Made by a program: the position numbers and the translations under genes. Source: Longimicrobiales bacterium (GTDB lineage: Bacteria; Gemmatimonadota; Gemmatimonadetes; Longimicrobiales; Gaopeijiaceae). From it: a DNA stretch of 64,000 bases. Below are positions 19,157-29,521 of the stretch, piece after piece (position 1 is the stretch's first letter; each line of letters starts with the position of its first letter). Location of the stretch: contig CBDBCF010000002.1 in NCBI GenBank assembly GCA_965202985.1, positions 876,286 to 940,285 of the forward strand. The letters are read 5' to 3'. Below the pieces are notes generated by a model. It did not search any database. It worked only from the letters and a program-made list of their open reading frames with translations, and was not told where the DNA came from.

Positions 19157-19544
19157 TTCGCCAAGCACCTCTTGGGAATCTGGGTACGGACGCGGGAAGG
19201 GGCAACAAAGGTACAAAGAACGGGGTGGGAGGACCACCCTGCGCGGACCGTGTAGAGCGTGGGCGGCCCCGATGCCGCCCGCCGCCGTCCGTCGCGCTCT
19301 TCGCGGCACCAGAATCACTGCGGTGTCGGGACGAGAACTATACGAGGCACTGGGGCCGCTGCTTCCTACCACCATGCTGTTGATCGACGATGGTGGAACG
19401 ATCCTGATGGCCGACTCGAGAAAAGCAAACACAGAGTGCGGATGGAGCTTCGAGGCCCAGGTGGGAGCCCTTCGCAGGGTTTTCTCCAGCGCTCTGATCC
19501 GCTAGTAATCCCACATTCACGCCAAGACCCAAGGAGACGAAAAC

Positions 19545-19808
19545 ATGGAAACGATCCTCCAACTCGGTCGCATCGTCGCCGTGACGGTGCTGCTTATCGT
19601 CGTGGCGATCGCCCACGCGACGGTCAACCCGCCCGTCGCACTCAGCCAGGACGACGAGAAGGAAAAGGAGGAGTGCCTCGACAACGAGGAACTCGGCCCC
19701 TGTCTCGAACTAAGGCACGTCTTCGACAACACGTGCGAGGGAGACGTCTGCTACTCCGCTTTGGAGGCGTGCTGCTGGGACGAGACGGTAATTGTCGTTC
19801 CACGGTAA
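19545..19808 (+). CDS. Small secreted Cys-rich peptide (87 aa, 6 Cys)
   Basis: AAGGAG SD; hydrophobic signal peptide; acidic mature part with C-x8-C-x10-C-x4-C-x6-CC. Confidence 0.75.
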   Translation: METILQLGRIVAVTVLLIVVAIAHATVNPPVALSQDDEKEKEECLDNEELGPCLELRHVFDNTCEGDVCYSALEACCWDETVIVVPR

Positions 19809-20955
19809 GTCGGTGGTCGTCGGGCTCGGCCCCCGAGGCCGCTCGGCATTCCTCTGCTGTTTCGTCGTCTCGGTCGGTGGGGCAGCGTCTTGCGGTGAAC
19901 CGGCGCCGCAGGTTCCGGAGCCGGTCCGTCCGGCCTCGTTGGAGGATGCCTTCTCGTACGAAGGCGTTGTCCGGATCGAAGAGGATCCGACCGACTCGAT
20001 CGCCGAGCCGGGCTACTTCGTGGAGCGTCGCGCCGACGGCTTCTTGCTGAGCGACCGCTTTCTGCCGAGGGTGCGCGCTTACGACCGCGACGGAGCCCTG
20101 GTGGCCTCGTACGGAAGGCCGGGAGAAGGCCCCGGGGAGTTTATCGGGGTGCGCGCCTTGGCGGAGGTTGCTTCGAACCGAGTCGCCGTGCTCGACAGCC
20201 GGCTGCACCGGATCACCTACCTGACGAGCGACCTCGAGTTCGAGGCGTTTGTGGGTCTTCCCGGGTCCGCGTCGAACATCGTTGCCCTGGATTCGGGAGT
20301 CCTGGCCGTGATGCGTTTAGCCCAAGGCAACCCTGCGGCGCGGCTCGTCGGCAAGCCTCCTCTTGTCCACCGGATGACGGAGTCCGGCGACGTGACCTGG
20401 AGCGGCTACCCGGCTTCGTTCACGATGTTGGAGCGGCCCTATTGGCCGAGCTTGGCGGGTTACCACGTAGCGACCGCGGGCGACTCAATCTTCGTCATGA
20501 CTTCCCTGATGTACCCGGCCACGATCTTGAGCAGCGGGGGCGAAGTCGTCGGCGCGCTCGGCACTCCGTCCGCATCGTTTCGCGAGATCCCCGTGTTCGA
20601 GCGACGAGAGTTCGCGGACTTCGACAACCAGCAGGGAGAGTTCGCGGATGGCGGATTCGATCAAGTGGACCGCATCGACGTCGTATCGGGCTCCCACCTC
20701 GTGATGACGCGACGCAGACAACGCGGCCTTGCGCTTCGAGGATCGCACGACTTTCTGGAAGTCTACGACCTTCGCAACGGCATCAAGCTCTACGAGGACG
20801 TGCCCTTGCCCGAGGGCTCGAGGGTCCTGGGCGGCGGAAGGTCCCTCTACCTCCTCCTTGACCAGGACTTCCCGCCGTGGAGGGTCGCCAAGCTACGCCT
20901 GCGGACCGACGCCGGCAGCGTTCCGCAAGGCGGCCCTCGGGCGGCCCCGGACTAG
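19792..20955 (+). CDS. NHL-like 6-bladed beta-propeller lipoprotein
   Basis: AASC lipobox-like site and YGRPGEGPGEF motif; start uncertain. Confidence 0.8.
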   Translation: MSFHGKSVVVGLGPRGRSAFLCCFVVSVGGAASCGEPAPQVPEPVRPASLEDAFSYEGVVRIEEDPTDSIAEPGYFVERRADGFLLSDRFLPRVRAYDRDGALVASYGRPGEGPGEFIGVRALAEVASNRVAVLDSRLHRITYLTSDLEFEAFVGLPGSASNIVALDSGVLAVMRLAQGNPAARLVGKPPLVHRMTESGDVTWSGYPASFTMLERPYWPSLAGYHVATAGDSIFVMTSLMYPATILSSGGEVVGALGTPSASFREIPVFERREFADFDNQQGEFADGGFDQVDRIDVVSGSHLVMTRRRQRGLALRGSHDFLEVYDLRNGIKLYEDVPLPEGSRVLGGGRSLYLLLDQDFPPWRVAKLRLRTDAGSVPQGGPRAAPD

Positions 20956-21012
20956 GACTAGAACTAGGCGAGCCACGGCGCCGGCGTTGGGGCCGCGAAG
21001 ACCCGGGCTGGG

Positions 21013-21702
21013 TCACTGGGCGGCTCCGGCCTGCCGCTCTTGCTCCAGCCGCCGGATCTCGCATTGGGCGCCGGCTTCGAGCTCCCGACACAGGCGTGCC
21101 ACGTCCGCATCGGCAGGCGGGCGGCTACCGTGGCCGCGGCCTTCGCCTTCATCCGCCAGGGTCAGGACCTCCCGGACGGCCGCATCCACGTCGCCGTTGA
21201 CGACGAAGGCGCCGAACGACGACGCGGCGGCCAGCTCGCCCACGGCGGTGCGGAGACGCCGGGCGATCTCCGCGGGCGCTTCGGTGCCCCGCCCCGCCAA
21301 GCGGCCGATCCACACCTCGGGACTGGGAGGGAGCACGAAGAGCGCCACCGCGTCCAGAACGCGATCGAGGACTTGGCGTGCGCCCTGCACGTCGATGTCC
21401 AGCACGGGGGTGCGGCCGTCGCCGTCCGCGGGCGCCGCCAGGTTGGCCACAGGCGTCCCGTAGCACTGCCCGTGGACCTGGGCCCATTCGGCCAGCTCGC
21501 CCCGGTCCACCATCTCCATGAACTCGGCGCGCGACACGAAGTGGTACTCGCGACCCGACCGCTCGCCTGCGCGCGGAGGGCGCGTCGTGGTCGAGACCGA
21601 GAAGACGAACCGCTCCGGATGCAGCGCGACCAACCTTCCCGCGATCGTGGTCTTGCCCGCCCCCGACGGTCCCACGAGCACCAGCGGCCCGGCCCGCGTC
21701 AC
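21013..21702 (-). CDS. gmk: Guanylate kinase
   Basis: GPSGAGKTT, TTRPPRAGE, YHFV and DIDVQGA. Confidence 0.96.
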   Translation of the reverse strand: MTRAGPLVLVGPSGAGKTTIAGRLVALHPERFVFSVSTTTRPPRAGERSGREYHFVSRAEFMEMVDRGELAEWAQVHGQCYGTPVANLAAPADGDGRTPVLDIDVQGARQVLDRVLDAVALFVLPPSPEVWIGRLAGRGTEAPAEIARRLRTAVGELAAASSFGAFVVNGDVDAAVREVLTLADEGEGRGHGSRPPADADVARLCRELEAGAQCEIRRLEQERQAGAAQ

Positions 21703-22625
21703 TCCACGTTCTCCAGCTGCTCGCGCAACTGCTCCAGCTCCTCCTTCACGGCCACCGAGGCGGCTGCGATCGCCGCGTCGTTGGCCTTGGCGCCGATCGT
21801 GTTAGCCTCCCGGTTCATCTCCTGCACTACGAACCCCAGCCTCTTGCCCGCCCGGCCCCCGGCCTCGACCGACTCCAGGAACAGCGCCACGTGGGACCGC
21901 AGCCGCACGACCTCTTCGGCCACGTCCCACCGCTCCGCCAAGTAGGCGACCTCGCGCGCCAAGCGCTCCTCGTCCACGTCCACCGAGTCGGCCAGGACGC
22001 GAACCCGCTCCCGCAACCGGTCCCTTTCCCGCAGCAGCCGCTTCGGTGCCAGCGCTTCCACGGCGTCCACGTGCGCAGCGATCCGGTCCAGGCTGGCCCG
22101 CAACGCCGTCTCCAAGCGCCCGCCCTCCGTCTCCCGCATCGCCACCAGCTCGTCCAGCGCGCGGTCCACGCACTCCAGCAGCGCGTCTTCGGCAGGAAGT
22201 TGCGCCGCCGCCTTCTCCACTCGGAAGACGCCCGGCAACGCGGCCAGCGCGGCCATGTCCAGCCGGCCCGTCACCCCCAGCTCGGCCGCCGCGTCGTTCA
22301 GCAGCGACACGTAGCGCCGGGCCCGTTCCAGGTCCAGTTCCAGCACGCCGACCGGAGAGCTCGCGGCCCGTCCCGCCGCGCCGGACGCCGCTCCCCCCGA
22401 CGCCCCGTTCGGACCCGTGCAGGAGACCGACACCGAGACGCGGCCCCGCGACAGCCGTTCCCGCGCTCGCTCCAGGACGCTGCCGTCCAGGGACTCCCAT
22501 CCCTGCGGCATCCGCACCGACGCGCTCAAGTGCCGATGGTTCACGGTCCGCACCTCGACGCGAAGCACGCGCCCGTCCGGCAGCGCCTTCTCGGCGGCAC
22601 CGTAGCCCGTCATGCTGCGAATCAT
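21699..22625 (-). CDS. yicC: YicC/YloC family endoribonuclease
   Basis: MIRSMTGYG, EVRTVNHR, QEMNREANTIGAK and EQLENVE. Confidence 0.93.
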   Translation of the reverse strand: MIRSMTGYGAAEKALPDGRVLRVEVRTVNHRHLSASVRMPQGWESLDGSVLERARERLSRGRVSVSVSCTGPNGASGGAASGAAGRAASSPVGVLELDLERARRYVSLLNDAAAELGVTGRLDMAALAALPGVFRVEKAAAQLPAEDALLECVDRALDELVAMRETEGGRLETALRASLDRIAAHVDAVEALAPKRLLRERDRLRERVRVLADSVDVDEERLAREVAYLAERWDVAEEVVRLRSHVALFLESVEAGGRAGKRLGFVVQEMNREANTIGAKANDAAIAAASVAVKEELEQLREQLENVE

Positions 22626-22635
22626 CGGCGGCCCC

Positions 22636-24651
22636 TCAGTTCCACATCGTCCAGCGCACGCCGTACAGGCTCCGGGTCCCCGGAAGCAGCCGCCCCGGCA
22701 CGTCCTGGTTGTTCTCGCGCAGCGTCAGGTTCTCGATCGTCAGGAAGACGTTCAGCGACAGGATCCGCATCTGCAGTCTGAAGTACCAGTCCTGGTAGAA
22801 CGGGACCACGGAGGGCACGAACTCGGGCTCGTCCCCGCCGGCGGCAGCCGCGCCGACCGGGAACGAGAAGTCGGCGCCGGGATCGGCAGGCGGTGGGAGC
22901 GCAGGCCGGGGCACGGCCATGGCGGCTCGTCCTTGGGCGCCCAGGTCGACCCAGAGCTCGAAGTTCCCGGAGGCGCGGAAGACGCGGTGGAACGAGAGGC
23001 CGGCGTCGTAGAGATGGTCGGGAAAGTAGAGCGCGTCCGACAGCGCGCCCGCTGAGTCCGCAGGTTCCCACAGCTGAACGGTCCCCCGCAAGGCCAAGCC
23101 CCTCGGCCACAGCGGAACGCGCCCCCCGAACTCCCAGCCGCTCCGAGGCGCCTGGGGAAGCACGAGCCCCCCCCGGTCGAAGGGGAGCCCCGTAGGCCAG
23201 ACCGAGTCGGCCTCCGCGTGCATCCGCGCGCCTTCCGCCTCCAGGCCCCGCCACGCCAACCGAAGACCGTACCGCGTGTTGGTCCGGTCGGTGAATCGAC
23301 TGCCGGGCACCAAACTGTCCGCCGCTGCCCCGGCCACGTCGCCGGCGCCCGGCGCGGCGCTCGAATCGGGCTCCACGGGCAAGGGCAGCAGGTAGGGCAC
23401 CGAGCGGCGGCCCGCGCCTCGCTTCGCGAACAGGTCCAGCGACAGTCCCCAGATCGAGACGGGCGTCGCCCAGGCCCGCAGGTCGTAGCCCGAACCCGAA
23501 CTTCCGTCCCACGCCTCTTGCCAAACGCGGCCGTCGACGCCGCCCCATCGCGTCCACGCCGCCGACGCCTCCGCGGACAGCTCGCGATCCGCCACGCCCG
23601 CCCCGCTGTTGAAGCGCCCGGTGACGCCGCCCCACACGCCGCCCCATTCCCCGTCCCGTCGGGCCGCGAGTCTGGCGCCGTACTGCTTCCGCCCCTCTGC
23701 CGCGAACGGGAACGCCGCCGCGCTGTCGCTGCTGGAGATCGACGCACCCGTGGCCCACGTCTCGGCCAGCAGACCGTCGGCCAAGCTCCACGCGCCCTGC
23801 ACCGTCCAGTCGGATCGGGTCGCCGACGACGGGGCGAAGGCCGAGTCGGTCCGCTCCGACGCCATGCGCCGATACTCGAAGCGCACTCCGCCCCGGTCGC
23901 CCTGATGCAGGCTGTAGCGGAACCACCCGCCGGTCACCGCCCCCGGGTCCTCGCGGCCCTGGGTGTCCAGCCGCTCGATCGCCAGCGACGCCTTGCCCCA
24001 AAGGGCGCGGGGCATGGAAAAGAAGCCCCGAAGCACGTTCGTGTTCTGATCGCCGGTGCCGGCCTCGATCAGGGAGTGGGGCCGGGCGTCGGCGTGGACG
24101 AACCGGTACAGGTGCACCTCCAGCCCTCCCGCGCGCCGAACCACGCGCACTCGCTCCAACCCCGAGAGGGCAACTCTGGACAGATCGGCCACCGAGCCCT
24201 CGAGCGGAAGGTGCTCCACGCCGTCGAAGAAGACCCGCAGGCCGCCGCCCGAGTACCCCACCGGGAAGGCCGTCGAAGGCGAGCCGAAGTCGCCGTTGCG
24301 GACCGCCAGCAGTCCGGGGATGCCCGACAGCAGCGCGCGCAGGGTCTGGCCCCGGGCCGCCAGCAACGCTTGCCGGTCCCACTCCCAGCCGCCGGGGGCC
24401 GCTCCCGTCGACGACGGATCAAGCAGCACGGGCAGGACCGGGGGCGGCGGCAGGCTGTCCACCGCGACGGAGTCCGACGGCAACGAGTCCGACGGGACCT
24501 CCAGCGTGTCCGCAGCGGGAACGTCGAGCGTGTCGGCCGGCGGCGCCCCCAGCGTGTCGGGCGGCGGGTCCTGGCCCCGGCTCTCGGAGGGCGACGCCAG
24601 GATCAGCAGAAAGCCAGCGACAGCGACGGCGGCAACAGGGGCGGTTCTCAA
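22636..24651 (-). CDS. Outer-membrane beta-barrel protein with plug-like N-terminus (putative porin or TonB-receptor-like)
   Basis: Signal peptide, Pro/Asp linker, plug-like LRVFFDGV...LERVRVVR and C-terminal YGVRWTMWN; TTGA overlap with pepA. Confidence 0.7.
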   Translation of the reverse strand: MRTAPVAAVAVAGFLLILASPSESRGQDPPPDTLGAPPADTLDVPAADTLEVPSDSLPSDSVAVDSLPPPPVLPVLLDPSSTGAAPGGWEWDRQALLAARGQTLRALLSGIPGLLAVRNGDFGSPSTAFPVGYSGGGLRVFFDGVEHLPLEGSVADLSRVALSGLERVRVVRRAGGLEVHLYRFVHADARPHSLIEAGTGDQNTNVLRGFFSMPRALWGKASLAIERLDTQGREDPGAVTGGWFRYSLHQGDRGGVRFEYRRMASERTDSAFAPSSATRSDWTVQGAWSLADGLLAETWATGASISSSDSAAAFPFAAEGRKQYGARLAARRDGEWGGVWGGVTGRFNSGAGVADRELSAEASAAWTRWGGVDGRVWQEAWDGSSGSGYDLRAWATPVSIWGLSLDLFAKRGAGRRSVPYLLPLPVEPDSSAAPGAGDVAGAAADSLVPGSRFTDRTNTRYGLRLAWRGLEAEGARMHAEADSVWPTGLPFDRGGLVLPQAPRSGWEFGGRVPLWPRGLALRGTVQLWEPADSAGALSDALYFPDHLYDAGLSFHRVFRASGNFELWVDLGAQGRAAMAVPRPALPPPADPGADFSFPVGAAAAGGDEPEFVPSVVPFYQDWYFRLQMRILSLNVFLTIENLTLRENNQDVPGRLLPGTRSLYGVRWTMWN

Positions 24652-26243
24652 GATCGGGCGTCGGCCTGCCAGTCGCACTGGGCCGCCACCCACTCCAGCA
24701 GCAGGCGCGTGGGGCTTCCCAGGGCGCCGTTCCGCAAGTAGGGCTTCTTGGTCTTGCCGTACGCCGTGCCCGCGATGTCCAGGTGGGCCCACGGAACGCC
24801 CTGCACGAACTCGGAGAGGAAGCAGGCGGCGGTGATCGTGCCCGCCTCGCGGCCGCCCACGTTCTTCAGGTCGGCCACCGGGCTGTCCAGCTGCTTCCGG
24901 TACTCCTTGTCCATGGGAAGCTCCCAGCAGCGCTGGTCCGCCGCTTCGCCCGCCGCGATCAGCGACTCCACCAACGCCCGGTCGCTCCCCAGCACGGCCG
25001 AGCGGTGACGGCCCAGGGCCACCACGCACGCCCCCGTGAGCGTGGCGCAGTCCACCATGGCGTGCGGCTTCCACTCCGCCGCGTAGTGCAGGGCGTCGGC
25101 CAGGATCAGACGGCCCTCGGCGTCGGTGTTGATCACCTCGATCGTCTTGCCGGCCCGCGCCCGCACCACATCGCCCGGCTTGTTGGCCGACCCGTTCAGC
25201 AGGTTCTCGGAACAAGGGACGACGCCGATCACGTGCGCCGACGCCCGCAGCCGGCCCACGGCCTGCATGGCGCCCAGCACCGCCGCGCCGCCCGACATGT
25301 CGTACTTCATCTCCTCCATGCCCTTGGCCGGCTTGATGGAGATCCCCCCCGCGTCGAAGGTCAGCCCCTTCCCCACCAGCGCCAGCCTGGGCGCATCGGG
25401 ACCGGCCCCCTCGTGGTGCAGCACGATCAGGCACGGCGGCTGGTCGGACCCGCGGGCCACCGACAGCAGAGCGCCCATGTCCTCGGCCTCCATCTCCTCG
25501 CGCCCCAGGACTTGGCACTCCAAGCGGAACCGGGTCGCCATCCTCCGAGCCTCGTCCGCCAAGCGGGCGGGCGTGGCCTTGTTGCCGGGCCGGGCTTGCA
25601 GGGTCCGGGCGAAGTTCTCTGCCTCCGCGTACGCCATGCCGGCGGCGACGCCTCGCTTCCAGTCGCCGACGTCGCCGACGAAGATCGTGGCCGACTCCAC
25701 CGGCGGAACGGGTCGCCCGGCCACGCGCACCGGGTCGTCCTTCAGCTCGTCGAAGCGCCAAGCCGCAAGCGCCAGTCCTTCCGCAAGCTCGTGGCCCGGT
25801 CGGGAGTCGCCCTGGTCGCCGTCCAGGTGGGCCACGCACACGGCGAGCGACGACTCGGCCAGCGCCTCCGCGGCCCGAACCGCCCTGCCGCCCAGTTCGC
25901 GGTAGACGCCGGGTTCTTCGTTCGGGCGCGGCCCCACGCCCAGGAACAGGAGTCGCTGAAAGGTGGCAGGCGACCCAGCGCCGGACGAACCGGCGGCGGC
26001 CTCGTCGCTGCGGGAGGCCCCGTCGCTGGACGCCCTTCCGTACGCCGGGAGGCGGTCCTGCCTGCGCCCCCGGAACCAGCCGTTCTCCCAGGCCGCGCTC
26101 AAGAGGCCGCCCGCCCGACGGTCCAGCGCCGCAAGCGCCGGGCGCTGCCGAGCGTCCTCGTCCTCGGGCACAGGCACCACCACGAGCGGCGCGCCAAAGG
26201 GCGGCGGGGACTGCCGCGGCGTCTGCTCGACTTCGATTCGCAC
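24648..26243 (-). CDS. pepA: Leucyl aminopeptidase (M17)
   Basis: VGKGLTFDAGG, MKYDMSG, NTDAEGRLILAD and ATLTGA. Confidence 0.95.
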   Translation of the reverse strand: MRIEVEQTPRQSPPPFGAPLVVVPVPEDEDARQRPALAALDRRAGGLLSAAWENGWFRGRRQDRLPAYGRASSDGASRSDEAAAGSSGAGSPATFQRLLFLGVGPRPNEEPGVYRELGGRAVRAAEALAESSLAVCVAHLDGDQGDSRPGHELAEGLALAAWRFDELKDDPVRVAGRPVPPVESATIFVGDVGDWKRGVAAGMAYAEAENFARTLQARPGNKATPARLADEARRMATRFRLECQVLGREEMEAEDMGALLSVARGSDQPPCLIVLHHEGAGPDAPRLALVGKGLTFDAGGISIKPAKGMEEMKYDMSGGAAVLGAMQAVGRLRASAHVIGVVPCSENLLNGSANKPGDVVRARAGKTIEVINTDAEGRLILADALHYAAEWKPHAMVDCATLTGACVVALGRHRSAVLGSDRALVESLIAAGEAADQRCWELPMDKEYRKQLDSPVADLKNVGGREAGTITAACFLSEFVQGVPWAHLDIAGTAYGKTKKPYLRNGALGSPTRLLLEWVAAQCDWQADARS

Positions 26244-26259
26244 GTTGACGGGCCTCCGT

Positions 26260-27549
26260 CTACATGTGGGCGGCGACGGCCTCACCGAACGCCGACGTGG
26301 ACACCTTGACCGCGCCCTTCATCTGACGTTCGAGGTCGTAGGTGACGGTGCCCGCGGCCACGGCACCCTCCAGCCCCCTGTCCACGGCTCGCGCGGCATC
26401 GTCCCAGCCCATGTGCTCCAACATCATGGCGGCCGACAGGATCAGGGAGCCCGGGTTGACCTTGTTCCGGCCCGCGTACTTGGGCGCGGTGCCGTGGGTC
26501 GCCTCGAAGAGCGCCACTTGGTCGCCGACGTTGGCGCCCGGCGCCAGCCCCAAGCCGCCCACCTGGGCCGCGCAGGCGTCGGACAGGTAGTCGCCGTTCA
26601 GGTTCGGCGTCGCCACCACCGAGTACTCGGCGGGGCGCAGCAGCACCTGCTGGAACATGGCGTCGGCGATCCGGTCCTTGATCACGACCCGGCCCGCCGC
26701 GTCTTCGCCCTCCCACAGCCGCGACTCGGGGACCGTGGCGTCGGGGAACTGCTCGGCGGCGACCTCGTAGCCCCAGTCCCGGAACGCGCCCTCGGTGAAC
26801 TTCATGATGTTGCCCTTGTGCACCAGCGTTACGGAGTCCCGGCCCCGCGCCAGCGCATAGCGGACCGCCGCCGCCATGTGCCGCTTGGCACCGAACGGGC
26901 TGATGGGCTTGACGCCGATCCCGCTGCCCTCCCGGAGCCGCGCACCCATGCGGTCCACGAGGAACGCGCGCAGGCGCTCGGCCTCGGGGGTGCCCGACGC
27001 CCATTCGATGCCGGCGTACACGTCCTCCGTGTTCTCGCGGAAGATCACCACGTCCAGCTTCTCGGGTTCGCGCACCGGGGACGGCACGCCGGGGATCCAG
27101 CGCACGGGCCGAATGCACGAGTACAGGTCCAGCACCTGCCGGATCGTCACGTTCAGCGACCGGATGCCGCCGCCGACGGGGGTCGTGAGCGGCCCCTTGA
27201 TGGCGACGCGAAACTCGGTCAGGGCGTCCAAGGTCTCTTGGGGCAGCCATTCGCCGGTGCGCTCTCGGGCCTTCTCGCCCGCCAGCACCTCCATCCACGC
27301 GATCGAGCGGGCGCCCCCGTACGCCTTCTCCACCGCCGCGTCCACCACGTGACGGGTGGCGGCCCAGATGTCGGGGCCGATCCCGTCGCCTTCGATGAAC
27401 GGGACGATCGGACGATCGGGCACGGCGAGGGCTTGGCGCGGCGCTGCGGGGCCTCCGCTCTCGCCTTCGCCCGCGTCGGTGATCTTCTGGCCGTCGGGGG
27501 GAACGACGGCGTGGCTGTAGGACGAGGCCGGCGAGCGGGATGCGGACAA
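26260..27549 (-). CDS. icd: NADP-dependent isocitrate dehydrogenase
   Basis: [39 protein letters not shown] and [12 protein letters not shown] start with GGAG upstream. Confidence 0.96.
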   Translation of the reverse strand: MSASRSPASSYSHAVVPPDGQKITDAGEGESGGPAAPRQALAVPDRPIVPFIEGDGIGPDIWAATRHVVDAAVEKAYGGARSIAWMEVLAGEKARERTGEWLPQETLDALTEFRVAIKGPLTTPVGGGIRSLNVTIRQVLDLYSCIRPVRWIPGVPSPVREPEKLDVVIFRENTEDVYAGIEWASGTPEAERLRAFLVDRMGARLREGSGIGVKPISPFGAKRHMAAAVRYALARGRDSVTLVHKGNIMKFTEGAFRDWGYEVAAEQFPDATVPESRLWEGEDAAGRVVIKDRIADAMFQQVLLRPAEYSVVATPNLNGDYLSDACAAQVGGLGLAPGANVGDQVALFEATHGTAPKYAGRNKVNPGSLILSAAMMLEHMGWDDAARAVDRGLEGAVAAGTVTYDLERQMKGAVKVSTSAFGEAVAAHM

Positions 27550-27678
27550 CGGGAAGCTCCGGGAGCGAAGGAAAGTTGCGGCCTGCTCGCTGGTCGCCGG
27601 GGGCGGCGACGGCGGACGGGCCCTGGAAGTGGACAATCTGAGCCCTGCACGGCTAGAATCGGAAGGGGCCGCACCGTC

Positions 27679-28881
27679 GTGACAGATAGTACCCACTATT
27701 TGTCAAAGAATCTGTCAAAGCGAGACATGGAACGCATCCACTTTCGGCGACACTGGGGATTGTCGGCCAGGACCCGGTACGAACTGGGCTGGTGCGACGC
27801 CTCCCTGGAGACCTTGCGCGCAGCGCCGGCGCCCCCGGAGGTCCGGCGTCGGCTGCTGGACGCCGCCCTGGCGAAGGCCGTGGCGCGGACGACCGCGTTG
27901 GCAGGGGCCAGCGTCTCGGAAGAGGAGGCGGCCGGATTGGTGGCCGGGCGACGCTTGCCCGCCAGCCAGCGCCATGTGGAGAACGAGGCCAGGAACGTGC
28001 TGGACGCCCACCGCGCGCTGATCGCCGAGGTGGCGGAAGGAGGCGGGGCCGGGCCGGTCGCGCCCGAGCAGGTGCTGCGCCTTCACGGGATGGCGGGTCG
28101 CGGTCTGGGCAAGCGCTTTGGCGGGGTGCCGGGGCAATTTCGAACAGGTGACCTGCCCGACGCGCCGCTCCCCTGCCCTCCGGGCCGTCAAGTGTCCGGC
28201 CTGGTCGAACGCCTGTGCGAATGGCTGGAGGGGCAGTTCGGAACGCCCGTCGCTGTCGGCACGCGCGCCGGCACGCCAGGGGCGACGCAAGCCGGAGATC
28301 CGGTCGCGCATGCCGTCGCCGCCCATGCGTACCTGTCGTGGATTCGCCCCTTCGAGGACGGCAACGGCAGGACCGCCAGGCTTGTCGAGTCGAGCATCCT
28401 GCTGTCTTCGGGAACACCCGCCGCCGCGTCTCTCCTGCTGTCCGCCCACTACGGCGAGACGCCCAGGGAGTACCGCCGCCAGCTTCGCCAAGCCGCGCGC
28501 GACCGCTCCGTCACCTCGTTCCTTGCCTACGCCGTCGCGGGCTTCCGAGACGGGCTGGACGCGCTGGTCGAGGCAGTTCGGCGCCCCCAGCTGGAGGCCG
28601 CTTGGCGGGTCCTCGTCTTCAAGCGCTTCGCCGAGCAGCCGCACCTGAAGAGATCGGTCCTCAAGCGCCGGAGAGACCTCGTGCTGGCCCTGCCGACGCG
28701 CGAGTCCTTTCGCCTGGGCGACGCCACGGCGCTGGACCCCTGGATCGCCCGTGCGTACCGCTCCCTGTCCGAGCGCACGCTTCGTCGCGACCTGGAGGTG
28801 CTGGCCGAGATGGGGCTGCTGGCCGAAGAGGACGGGGAGTACCGGGCAAACACAGCAGTGCTGCGGTCGTCGACCGCGTAG
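27679..28881 (+). CDS. Fic family protein with C-terminal wHTH and degenerate catalytic motif
   Basis: [22 protein letters not shown]-terminal [12 protein letters not shown]; alternative ATG at 27727. Confidence 0.88.
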   Translation: MTDSTHYLSKNLSKRDMERIHFRRHWGLSARTRYELGWCDASLETLRAAPAPPEVRRRLLDAALAKAVARTTALAGASVSEEEAAGLVAGRRLPASQRHVENEARNVLDAHRALIAEVAEGGGAGPVAPEQVLRLHGMAGRGLGKRFGGVPGQFRTGDLPDAPLPCPPGRQVSGLVERLCEWLEGQFGTPVAVGTRAGTPGATQAGDPVAHAVAAHAYLSWIRPFEDGNGRTARLVESSILLSSGTPAAASLLLSAHYGETPREYRRQLRQAARDRSVTSFLAYAVAGFRDGLDALVEAVRRPQLEAAWRVLVFKRFAEQPHLKRSVLKRRRDLVLALPTRESFRLGDATALDPWIARAYRSLSERTLRRDLEVLAEMGLLAEEDGEYRANTAVLRSSTA

Positions 28882-28919
28882 ACCGGGTGCAATTCGGGCC
28901 GACGGCGGGCAGGATGCCG

Positions 28920-29504
28920 ATGTCCAAGGACCAGAGCACCGATCTTTTCAACGTCAAAGTTGACCTGAAGCGCCTCCATCGGCAGGACCGGGAGTATCTG
29001 GCATGGGTAGTGGAGACGTTCGGCCCGCTCGTGCTGTCCGTGGCCTTTCGATATGCCGACGACGAGAATCACGCCCGGGAGCTCGACCAAGCCTGCTGGA
29101 CGCACGTTCTGGACCGACTCGATCGGTATCGCGGAAAGCAGACGTTCGCGGCTTGGCTAGTCGTAGTCGCCAAGCGACGCTGCCTCTCCCTGCTCCGAAA
29201 GGAGAGGCGCGCCACGGCCGGCCGGACGAACATCGAAGCCGCCGGAGATGTGCCCGATCCCGGTCTCACGCCGCAGGAACACACGGAAGCTGTCTTCCTG
29301 CAAGCTGCCGTCCAGGAAGCGTTGGCCCGCTTGCCAGACAAGCAGGGCAAGGTGATCGCGCTGACGATCCTTGAACGCAAGAGCATTGGGGAAGCGGCGA
29401 AGGAGATGGGCGTGGCGCCGGCGACCGTCGCAAGACTGAAGGAGCGAGGGCTAGCGACGCTCCAACGCGACCCGTTGTTGCAGAAGCTCCACCAAGATCT
29501 GTAA
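28920..29504 (+). CDS. ECF sigma factor
   Basis: YRGKQTFAAWLVVVAKR (region 2) and SIGEAAKEMGVAPATV (region 4). Confidence 0.85.
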   Translation: MSKDQSTDLFNVKVDLKRLHRQDREYLAWVVETFGPLVLSVAFRYADDENHARELDQACWTHVLDRLDRYRGKQTFAAWLVVVAKRRCLSLLRKERRATAGRTNIEAAGDVPDPGLTPQEHTEAVFLQAAVQEALARLPDKQGKVIALTILERKSIGEAAKEMGVAPATVARLKERGLATLQRDPLLQKLHQDL

Positions 29505-29521
29505 GAAACTGATCCACTCGA

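Noticed and set aside
19369..19396. Hairpin CCACCAT...ATGGTGG upstream of the peptide gene as an ncRNA or riboswitch
   Set aside because: A single short stem with no recognisable family features.
27701..27720. Direct repeat TGTCAAAG x2 at the Fic gene 5' end as an operator
   Set aside because: Only two copies, possibly within coding sequence, with no independent support.
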